Source: Chiloscyllium plagiosum (Eukaryota). Taken from it: 38,367 nucleotides of DNA. A program made the position numbers and the translations under genes. Of the stretch, positions 24,852-34,420 are shown piece after piece (the first letter of the stretch is position 1; each line of letters begins with the position of its first letter). The stretch lies in the NCBI RefSeq assembly GCF_004010195.1, contig NC_057755.1:11085805-11124171 (forward strand), written 5' to 3'. The notes beneath the pieces are model-generated. The model ran no database searches. It was not told the origin of the DNA and saw nothing but the letters and a program-made list of their open reading frames with translations.

Positions 24852-25573
24852 AGAGCTGAGTTAGCTAATATTGATAGATTTGAAGGCCAATGAGGTAAAC
24901 GGGGAAGTACCGAAAATTGAAACTGTAAAAAAAAAAAAAAAAAAATTGTGGAGTAAGGGGTGGCTACTTGCTAGTCACCCCTTCTTGCAAGAACATTTCA
25001 ATAAAATTCGCTGCTTCAGAATTTGACTCGGACTGAAATTTGTGAGCTGTTTCTCTCACACCCAACTGGAAAAAGGGAGAATTAAACTTGAGCCATTCTA
25101 TCAGTAATCTTTTCTGAACTATCCTAAGACAAAAAGACCCGAAGGGTCAACAGCCATTTCATATTCCTTCTCTAGTCGTATTCGTCAAACTGGATTGAGT
25201 ATTAGGGTCAAGGCTGGAAAAGCACAGCAGGTCAGGCAGCATCAGAGGAGTAGGGGGGAGAAAAAAAACACCATTTCGGGCAAAAGCCCTTCATCAGGAA
25301 ACCCTGGATTGAGTAATACTCTAGCAACGGTCTGACATAAGTTAAAACCACTCAATGCCGATTAAAATTTGACTAACAGATATAAAAACAGCATTAAAAC
25401 AGTTTAAAAACTAGTCAGCCATTAAAACGAGCTTCCTCTACCAGGTCGTTACCAGGGGGAACCACATGAAGGTTTGACCAACTCTATAGGCGACAATACG
25501 TAAAAACAATGGAGAGGTGACTTCACAAGAATATTGTTGGGAGACCCAAACAAAACAGTAGTCACATCCCACC
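24852..25573 (-). ncRNA. Predicted HDV-like self-cleaving ribozyme of the R2 5' end with very long P4
   Basis: Minus strand: P1 5' GGUGGGA (25573-25567); P2 5' AGAGUUGG; P3/L3 aac-CUUCAU-gug (cf. cac-CUCCUC-gug); P1 3' UCCCCCU plus GG; P4 UAA..UGGUAGA / UCUAUCA..UUA; J4/2 GCUAAC (24865-24860); P2 3' UCAGCUCU (24859-24852). Confidence 0.65.
25202..25303 (-). mobile_element. Short Penelope-derived insertion with 12-bp TSD inside the R2 5' region
   Basis: ctggattgagta at 25190-25201 and 25304-25315. Insert carries CTGATGAagggcttttgcccGAAA. Confidence 0.8.
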
Positions 25574-25585
25574 CCCCCACCCCCC

Positions 25586-27195
25586 ATCCATTAAGGAACG
25601 CACATGTAATACACTTCTCAACACCAGCCAAACAGTGCTTTGGTACTAGTCTGAAAGTTCTGATGAGTCTGCTCAGGGAACAGCCTGACAAGATCCACCA
25701 TCTACTCTTCCCACAGGGTCTCGCAATGTGCCGTTCCCGCTACCCCTGTGGTCAAACGTGTTCCTCTTTGCAAATTTTTCCAGAGGACTGGTGACACAAA
25801 GGACTAATTGGAGTGTTCCAGGGTAATGAGGCCAGTCTCATCCTCCAGAATACCGGGGAAAGGTAGAACCTCAGTATGTATTGGCACATGGTGTTTGCAT
25901 ACAGGGTCTATGCACAGCTTGATGCTGCTGCACATAAAAGGTAGCTGTCAGGGTAAGGATGGTGTTGGGTACGCACTCCCCTCACCTTATCCAGAGTTTT
26001 GCACTTAGTGTCCCTGTGGACATGGTTCATCTTTGACCTCCAGATGAAGTGCAAGATGGTTATTACAACTGCCCATGTTCTGGCAATGGGCCAGACCGGT
26101 GCCACCTGCAACAAAGTGAATGCCTCACACCTGATGACCAGGTTTTAACTATGATGGAAGAGGGAGTGGTGCTCCCGAAAGCCCGGTCTCAGTTTCACTT
26201 GGGCGGTGTGAATCCCAAGTTTTTGCCCATGCTTGGGCCTCTCCACACCAGGTAACCTGTCCTGATGGCGAAGAGGATAAAAGAACAAGGCCTCACTCTT
26301 GCATTGGATTCCCTGGGCCCCTGAGGGCAGTTTGAACTGGTCACAGATGCTGAGTCTAGGCACAGACAGTGGGTCAGTAGAATTTGGTGATGTCGTCCAC
26401 GTACGGGGAGGATTTGACTTGCAGGCCTCTGCTGCCTGGAATAGTTTCCCCGCTCAGGCTCACATCCTTCCTGACAGACTCAGCAAACTCTCTGTACAAC
26501 ACACAAACAAGGCAGGAGAGAATGGGCAGCCCCGCCAGACTCTGGATCTGATCGGGAAGCTTTATGATTCCCAAGCATTGATCGAGACCGCATGAACGAT
26601 GTCGGCGCAGAGCAGTCGGATTCAGTTGCGGATTCCCTCCCCACTTTGGACAGCACGTCCCATGTGTAGGTGTACAATATCCTGTCAAAGGTCTTCTCCT
26701 GGTCCAGGCTGCTGAGGCAGGAGGCCACTCCCCTGTCCTGCACGTAGACGATCGTATCCGAGAGCCTTGCACTCCTCAGATTGTTCTCCACGGTACAGCA
26801 CAGGTTTGGTCGGGGTGAATCACTGATCCCAGAGAAGACCTGACCTGGTTGGCGATGACCTGAGACAGGATTTTGTAGTCTGCATTCAACAGTCAGACTG
26901 TTAGAACTTGGCAACCAATTGGAGAAGTGCAAAGCTCTCAGGAATACGACCACCTACGTACAGGGCAGGGGTGTGGACCGAGCAGAGGACAACTCGGCCG
27001 GTAAGCTGCCACTTCTGGGAGTTTAAATTCTTTTCGAATGACTCGAGGACCTTGGTCAGCTCATGCAGAGATAATGGCTGGTCCAGCATCTCCTACCTTC
27101 TGCTGTCAAATTCCTGCATGACAGAAGACAGGATTGCGCTATCTGTGGGCTTCTTGTTGTGCAGTCTGACATAAAAGGATTTGCTGATCCTCTGC
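25586..27195 (-). mobile_element. Tx1-clade LINE ORF2 RT region (5' part of the element split by R2)
   Basis: LDQPLSLHELTKVLESFEK, SLDQEKTFDRI.YTY.WDVLSK, VKSSPYVDDIT, WLVLRSVLHVRSLM up to the R2 junction. Confidence 0.85.
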
Positions 27196-27229
27196 TCTGT
27201 GGGACATATGCCACCAGCAGGCCCTGGCT

Positions 27230-27560
27230 AATGACATTATACTTCTGATGGGTAGCATGTGCAAATCCACGAGAAAGGGTGCCATCACCCTCACCTACAA
27301 GCAGAAAGGAGAGAGAGAGGGAGGAAATTAGAAATTGGCAACCAATCTTACTGCTCGCGTTACTATGTACTGCATTTTGACCTTTCCTCGGTGTTGCGAA
27401 GGATGGGACCGGCCAAGTAGTTGGACTGTTTCATATCACCTCCCCTTCGTGGAGAAATTTCCAAAAGGAAAACCAAAAACCTTTGACCACAAGTCAAGCA
27501 GGAACTGGTCAGCACACAGCATGCTCGAGATGCTGCAGGAAAAGGAGAGGGTAGATCCTA
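27230..27560 (+). mobile_element. Inverted Tx1 ORF2 fragments
   Basis: ITLTYKQKGE.EEIRNWQPI and SSWTVSYHLPFVEKF..KTFDHKS.RNWSAHSMLEMLQEKERVDP on the + strand. Confidence 0.7.
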
Positions 27561-27751
27561 GAATACCTAAAGTGTGGAGCAGGCCGTTCGGCCCGTTGCA
27601 TCTATACTGACCCTCTGAAGAGCAGCCCACCTCCTGCTATCCCTGTAACCTTGCATTTCCCATGGCCAAGTCACCGAGGCTGCACATGCCTGGACACTAT
27701 GGGTTATTTAGCATGGCTAATCCTCCTCATACACACACAGTCAGAGATATA

Positions 27752-28470
27752 CAGAGGAATCGCGATTATCCGAAGAACACAGGTGGGGAGTATTTTGTCC
27801 GGTTAATTGAATGCCTCATAACAGTTGAGCCAAGCATTAGGATCTTGCGATGTTGCTGGATAAGAGAGATTCCTCTGCACCAGATTTTGAAGAGCGCACG
27901 ACACAGAGTCGAACAGTTATTTTACAAATTCCTACTTTGGAAATAAAACCAGTCTGGCTCCAGAGTGAGACGCAAACAGACTTGAAACAAGGCCTCACAC
28001 CTAAAGTGCATTGTCTAACTGAGGGGGTCAACTTTATTCTGATAAAACCTGAAGTTATCCCGGGGCATGGATTTACATTTTAATCAAAACCTGCACCTCC
28101 ATTTTAACTGATTAAAAGACTTAATAGCCATCAAGATTTGTTCAATAGATGCGCATAAGTTGTATGACCCTTTGATCCTTTACTTAAATTCCATGTCTGA
28201 TGTATCCTCTCTCACTAGCTGCCTCAAGCAGCAGCTGGGGTTCCGAAAGCTTGCAGTTTCAAATTAAACTGCTGGATGATAACCCTATGTGGTGTGATTT
28301 TTGACGTTGTAACAATAATGTATTTGGAGAGAAGAGTGGGTTGGGAGAAGAGATATAAAATACAGACACTCGACTATTCACAAAGATTCATATCAATTTG
28401 TTGTCAGGCATTCAATTAACCAAACAAAATACTCCCTGCCTGTGTTCTTCGGATAATCGCGATTCCTCTG
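27752..28470. mobile_element. Tigger-like MITE (~75-bp TIRs) containing a Penelope-derived fragment
   Basis: TA|cagaggaatcgcgattatccgaagaacacagg...cctgtgttcttcggataatcgcgattcctctg|TA. Termini are related to those of 8223-11937. Confidence 0.85.
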
Positions 28471-28559
28471 TATATCTCTGACTGTATGAGGTGGATTAGC
28501 CATGCTAAATAACAGTGTCCAGGTACGTGCAGGCTAGGTGGCTTGGCCATAGTTAGCTA

Positions 28560-29780
28560 AGTAGCAGCAGCTCAGATATAACACTTCAGTGAATCAGTCA
28601 AGTATATCAACCACGACAATCGAGGACATGATGTTTATACAAAAGGGGACTGGACATTTTTAGGTTGTGGAGACATAGTCCTACCTTGTTTTTTTTAAAA
28701 AAAATAGATATTAAACAAGTTAGATACTCCCCGATCATAAAAATCAAATTGTCATCAACGGGGGGGCAATGGTGGCGATATCAGTACACAATGAGAGCAG
28801 AGACGTAGGCCATGTTCTGGGGACCTGGGTTTCAATGCTGCGAGCCACTGTCTGGGACGGGGTGGGAGAAGGTGGGGTGCATCATAGTCTTGAAGGGGTT
28901 GGAGAGTGAACACCGTCTGACTGGGGGTTTTCTCAGGTGGTGAGAGTGTGAGTGAGAGGGAGGAGGAGATATTGTCTAAGGGAGTGGGTATGCTTTGAGA
29001 TGTTGAGGGAGCACGGTCTTGTGTTTAAAGGGTGTGGTAGATGAAAGGGGTAAAATGAATTTCCCTAAACATTTCCTCAAGACTCCCAAGTGCATTGTAA
29101 TTTGAGTCGGAGGCCACTTCCCATTTCAGAAGATTTGGGACTTTGAAGACAATTAAAAGTCACACGAGCATGTGTCGTAAACACGGTTTGGAGGAAAACT
29201 TAACACCATCGTCGTTTGTTGCATGGAGAGGATTGCGGTAAACGGGTAGATCCAACATGCCATTTGCAATCACTGTCTGTTCCCCTGCAGTAGTTATCAT
29301 TCGAGATCAAGTTCAGTCCTGGGAGAAATCACCCCCATCAGAGCTTCCTCTACACTTGTAACGTACCATTGTTCCTTCTGCTCCAACAATCTCCGTTCAG
29401 GTACAGCTCACTGGACGCTTGGCTGAAGAGGAGGGAGAAGGAAGTGAACACAGTGGGGGTGAATCTGAGCAGACTGGAAGGGGTGGAGGTTGTGACCCAG
29501 AGCCAGTTACACACAATCCTGGTGGACCCAATGATTAAATTTGTCATTTGCTTAACTTTAACTCTTTGGGGGAGACAGATGTTTATCTTCAGGAACTCTC
29601 CGAATACCTCAAGGCTCCACGAAATGGGACAGAACCAAGCGGGGCAATGCGAAAAGACACAAGTCAGGCAAGTGAGGACTGGTTTGATGTAGCATCAGTG
29701 TTGAAACTATTGAGAGGTGTGCAATGTTTCTTGTGGGTCATTGCAAGTAGAAAGTCCAAAAGTACACACGGCTGCAAGTT
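28560..29780 (-). mobile_element. Highly decayed L1-like APE endonuclease remnant, interrupted
   Basis: Minus-strand fragments VIANGML..LHATNDDG.KF, a (G)DFNC-like gacttttaattgtc, and WRT.SP...F..KHH..S.I-like segments in the expected order. Confidence 0.4.
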
Positions 29781-30266
29781 TACAAGGTTTCTTTTTCAAA
29801 TAAAGGGGTGAGAAGAGATTACTTGGGGCATCCGTTTTCGCACATAGAGGTGGAATTGTGAAGACAGAGGACAGCAGACAGCCAGAACCCAGAAGGCACA
29901 GGAGTGGCCAGTTACAGTGTAGTATAATACCTCCACAGTCCAACAAAGTCTCTGGAAACGACACTGAGCCAGTGCTGATGGCAAGTGTGGGGTACAGGAA
30001 CATTGAAAACCTGGGTGGAGACCCACAGCAATGCTGAGAGCTTTCCGTTGTGTGGGGATAACCCAGACAATGTATAATCATTCAGCTCCTCCCACATGAG
30101 AGCCTGCAGCATGGGTCTTGGCCAATAAGCCCATTGCTTGGATCTGCACCCTTCCTGCCAATGCCAGTCAGGTGACCATGTATGACTCAAACCTATAAAT
30201 CACTCACCGTCTCCTGGGCCCATCCATTCCAGGTTAGCAATGGGGTGAAGACAGAGTGGTGAATAG

Positions 30267-30552
30267 GGGCAGCACAGTGGCTCAATAGTTAGCACCGCTG
30301 CCTCACCATGCCAGGGACCCAGGTTTAATTCCACCCTCGGGCAATTGTGTGGAAGTTTGCACATTCTCCCTGTGTCTGGGTGAGTTTCCTCCCACAGTCC
30401 AAAGATGTGCAGGTAAAGTGAACTGTCCATGCTAAATTGCCCATAGTGTTAGGTGCATTAGTCAGAGGGATATGATTCTGGGTGGGTTACTCTTTGGAGG
30501 GTCGGTGTGGGCTGGTTGGGCCAAATGGCCTGTTCCCACACTGTAGGAAATC
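30267..30552 (+). mobile_element. HE1-like tRNA-derived SINE
   Basis: ggcagcacagtggctcaatagttagc head and standard body. Confidence 0.85.
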
Positions 30553-32017
30553 TGGGCTCAGAGATTGGGCAACGAACCAAGCGTGAAATGTGTAAGCAAC
30601 CTGAGACCCGTTATGAAATACAGACTCTGGGCATCCATTGTGACCGCACAGGGGCCAGAGCTCCGAGTGAGGAGGTAAGGGACAAAGACACTTCATGAGA
30701 AAGAGGCCTACAGACTGGGCTCCCGTTCCTTCCCATCTACCAGACAAAGTGCGAGCCCAAATAAGGCACACAGTGAAGATTACAAAAGGTTCATTCAGGA
30801 CTAGACATCGAGCAATCACCCTTCTGGAGGAGAGGGCAAACTCAAAAGGAGGGTCTCCACCCCCCCTTCACTCAGATCATTCTGGGATGATATCAGGGGG
30901 CAGTTTCTCTCACACAGATTGGAAATCTAGAATATTCTTGGTAGTGGGGTCCAAATGGGGGAAAAAAAAATCAAAACAGAGAGGGAGATTTTTTTGGGGT
31001 AAGGGTGTTATGATTTAAATAACCAATCTCAGTACACATACTGATCAGCTGTCATTTTAAGGCTGATCTCCTTCTGACAAATTGTACGGTGATGGCTTCA
31101 AATAAAATGTGTGTGATCGTGACAAGATTGTCTGTTGGTTATTGATCTGTCAGCTGCCATGTCAACAGGAGATGCCTATAACAATCACCCAATTCTATTA
31201 ATGCAGATGAGGAAATTTCTAGGCTCAGAGCCATGGAGAAAGAGAAGCAGAGGCGACCCCCCCCCCCCCGCCCTCAACCCTCAGGCCTGCCACGGTGGAA
31301 GTAAAAAAAAAGAGGTAGCGCCCTGAGCGAGATCTGAAAACCCTCATGGCCAATGGACAAGAATTGAGTTCTGTTACTGAAGTCACGCACTTAAGGAAAA
31401 ACTTTACCACCGGGGTGCACCATCTAGAAGGAGGCTCCATGCAAAGAGTCTGAAGGCAGAAAGTAACCACCTGCGTACAGAGACGCACCAGCGGCTGAGC
31501 AAGAACACTTATTTGCATGTCAAAATAGTGCAGTTTCAGAGATCAGTTGCAGTGTGAAATCACACCAACCATTCAATTAATTAATAAGCAGCTGATGTGC
31601 TAGGAGCTCTTGAGGCACAGTGGTAGTGTCCCTACATCTAAAATAGATGACCCAGCATCAATCCCACCTACTCCAGAGGGACATAGTGACATCTCTAAAG
31701 ATAATATCTAAACAAACAAAAAACAAATAATAGCAGATCAGCTACCCTTCTCTGTTTTGGCTGAGATGAGGCTTCCGACCCACAGTGATGTGGTTGTCTT
31801 GGCCAAACTAGTGACTCAGTTCAATGGCAATTAGGGATGGCCAATAAATGGTGGCTAACCTAGAGATCCCAACAATTCATGAACCAAAAAAGTAACACAG
31901 ATAGGGCCAGGCAGTGAGCTGCCACCACGAGCTGCTCAACATGTGGAATACAGTGTCATATACCAGACTCAATCAGCAGTGACTGTAAATTGACAAATAC
32001 ATAGCCCAGTTTGAGCA

Positions 32018-32345
32018 AAGTCAGAGATCTACAGCATGGAAACAGACCCTTCGGTCTAACCAGTCCATGCTGAACAGATATCCCAACCCAATCTAGTCCC
32101 ACACACCAGCACCCAACGCATATCCCTCCAAACCTTTTCTATTCATATACCCATCCAAATGCCTCTTAAAATATTGCAATTGTACCAGCCCCCACCACAT
32201 CTTCTGGCAACTCATTCCAAACACATACCACCCTCTGAGTGAAAATGTTGCCCCTTAGGTCTCTTTTATATCTTTTCCCCTCTCACTGTAAACCTATGCC
32301 CTCTAGTTCCAAACTCCCCCCACCCCAGGGAAAAGTCTTTGCCTG
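32018..32345 (-). mobile_element. CR1 LINE 3' fragment
   Basis: Same tail as the 5782 and 8407 copies (agagat.tacagcatggaaacagaccc...). Confidence 0.85.
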
Positions 32346-32439
32346 AGCCCTGCCTTTGGAATAGATTATTCATATTCATTAATCCATCACCATTAAGTAT
32401 TACTGCAGAGTTCTGGCAAACCTGCAAGGTAAAAACAAA

Positions 32440-32885
32440 GTTAAAAAAACACACACCAGGTTGAAGAAGGGCTTATGCCCAAAACATCGATTCTCCTGCT
32501 CCTTGGATGCTGCCTGACCTACTGCACTTCTCCAGCAACACATTTTTCAACTCTGACCTCCAGTATCTGCAGTCCTCACTTTCTCCTAACACCAGATTAT
32601 AGTCCAACAGGTTAAATTGGCTAGACTATAACCTGGCATTGTATGATTTTTAACTTTGTACACCCCAGTCCAACACCAGCACTTCCAAATCAAGACAAAA
32701 AACAAGGACTGCAGATGCTGGAAACCAGATTCTGGATTGGAGTGGTGGTGCTGGAAAAGCACAGCAGTTCAGGCAGCATCCCAGGAGCAGGAAAATCCGA
32801 CATTTCAGGCAAAAGCCCTTGTTCAGGAATAGAGGCAGGGAGCATGAAGGGTGGAGAGATAAGTGAGAGGAGGGGGTGGGGGTGG
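32440..32885. mobile_element. Cluster of Penelope-derived short repeats in both orientations
   Basis: gaagaagggcttatgccc.aaacatcgattctcc (+), ctggaaaagcacagcag...aaaagcccttgttcagg (-), and gactataacctgg..tgatttttaactttgtacacccc. Confidence 0.7.
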
Positions 32886-33127
32886 TAAAAGACATTGCCT
32901 GAGCCCTGCCTTTTGGATAGATTATCCATGTTTCTTAATCCATCGCCATTAGGTGTTATTGCGGAGTTCTGGTAAATTTGTAAAAACAGGTTTTACAGGA
33001 ACAAGAGCAGGCTGGCCATTCAGCCCCTCAATAAGGTGTGGGATCTGCAGCATCACTCCATTTAACTGCTCAATGAAAAATACACACCCACCCACTGTCC
33101 ATCTCAGAGTTATATTAAACAACTGAC

Positions 33128-33270
33128 CTGACACAGAGCGGCGTTCGAGGGAGAGAATCCCAAACCAGACCAACTCTTCCCGTTCTCCTCCGGAGGAGGA
33201 CGTTAACACAGACCACCACCTGCTCGATCAGGCGGCGCCATTTTAGCTTCAGGACCCGCGCACGCGCCGT
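33128..33270 (-). other. Probable first (5' UTR) exon of an unidentified minus-strand gene
   Basis: Downstream of GC boxes. YY1 motif AAAATGGCGCC (33234-33244). Ends in donor CAG|GTCAGT (GT at 33127-33126). The ATG opens only 12 codons. Confidence 0.55.
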
Positions 33271-34420
33271 CCGCACTGGCCCAGGCCCCGCCCCCGCGCC
33301 CATCGCCCCCCCCGAGGCAACGGCCCAGCCCAGCCCCCGCCCTCGCCCCGCCCCCTCATTAGACCCCGCCCCCGCGCGCGAGCCCTTCGTCTCCCCAAGA
33401 GGCAACAGCCCAGCCCAACCCCAGCCACTTCCCCGCCCCGCCCCCGCGCGCGAGCCCTTCGTCTCCCCAAGAGGCAACAGCCCAGCCCAACCCCAGCCAC
33501 TTCNNNNNNNNNNNNNNNNNNNNNNNNNNNNNNNNNNNNNNNNNNNNNNNNNNNNNNNNNNNNNNNNNNNNNNNNNNNNNNNNNNNNNNNNNNNNNNNNN
33601 NNNNNNNNNNNNNNNNNNNNNNNNNNNNNNNNNNNNNNNNNNNNNNNNNNNNNNNNNNNNNNNNNNNNCGACCCCATTGCAGGCCCCGCCCACACCACGA
33701 TGAGACCCCGCCCAATATGCGCCCGCTCCCACCCCGTCTCGCTTCCACGACCGCCCAAATCCCCGCTTCAAGCCCCGCCCCAAATCACCCCAGCCAGCCG
33801 TGCCCGAGCACCCCGCCCACTTCAGGCCCCGCCTATCGCTCCGCCTCACAGAAAACGTCACGCCTTACCACTCAGGCCCTGCCCCCGGCCGCGCCCCCCC
33901 CGAGGCCCCGCGCGAGACGGCGGTTAACGGTCGCCGCACGTGCCGGCGAGTGACGGTTAGCAGCTGCTTCAGCGAGAACAGCCAAAAGCATGGGCCGGCA
34001 CCGGGCGCCGCCAGTAATAACCACAGCAAAATAACCACGAGAAACGCACGGCTTTGCATTGAGCAAGCGGGCATGGTTAGTAACGTTTGCGGACGGCGGG
34101 GTTCTCTCAGACGGTCTCGGTCAAGTGGGCCAGTGGGCCGGGAGAAGGGCAGGTGGTTTCGATCTGGATAAACGCCGGGTACTGCATTTTGGGGTGAAAC
34201 GGGCAGTCGGCCGAGACCGTGACAAGAGCCCGGAGCAGAAATTGGGCCGTTCGGCCCATCGGGTCCGCTCCCGCCGCCGCTCGATCGCGGCCAGTGGGTT
34301 TCTCCAAACGGCCATTCTCCCGCTTTCTGCCCCGTTAGCCTGGATTCCCTTCCGACGGTACCACCTCGGGTGCTGTTGTTTGCACCTTTGGGTGCAGGCG
34401 CGTAGAGATGTTACAGCGCG
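33170..34420. promoter_or_regulatory. CpG-island promoter
   Basis: Very GC/CpG-rich. Many CCCCGCCC GC boxes, CCAAT (~33712), CRE-like aacgtca, E-box cacgtg (~33937), YY1. Confidence 0.85.
33364..33668. repeat. 72-bp GC-rich tandem repeat running into an assembly gap (N 33504-33668)
   Basis: 'agcccttcgtctccccaagaggcaacagcccagcccaaccccagccactt' at 33381 and 33453, then Ns. Confidence 0.85.

Larger units (their letters stand above)
20773..25573 (-). mobile_element. Full-length decayed R2 non-LTR retrotransposon (R2-A type, three zinc fingers) outside rDNA
   Basis: Minus-strand fragments in canonical order: ZF FKCDSCHNVF (~24340); CCHC ..YHAVACHYPK (~24230); CERCPLAFSTAVDLGQ..RHKH (~24150); Myb EVMMLQNLE..KMIAEQLKNKMRKQLSDKR (~23920-24030); RKSRFRQMQTLFKYKRQSLAREILG..CPL; RT RTTLIPK..NWRSITVG, VFIDLAKAFDSV, GMKQGDSLSP; ILYAQNRDSGLGL; RLE GWTIFVE..LWIP..ILFKDGQAV..ITVCFE and GFVVGARRKW; stop at 21137-21139; AT-rich 3' UTR ending gtgttcaaaa. 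Many frameshifts/stops; the catalytic xADD motif is not recognisable. Confidence 0.9.

Noticed and set aside
20700..25650. 28S rRNA gene around the R2
   Set aside because: Flanks are Tx1 LINE; only a ~28-nt degenerate 28S-like leader is present.
29401..29538. Possible terminal exon (ttcag|VQLTGRLAEEEGEGSE...*)
   Set aside because: Acceptor is plausible, but no recognisable homology or partner exons.
31040..31520. Cluster of TGACAG/CAGCTG sites and an octamer as an enhancer
   Set aside because: Short motifs are expected by chance; conservation data would be needed.
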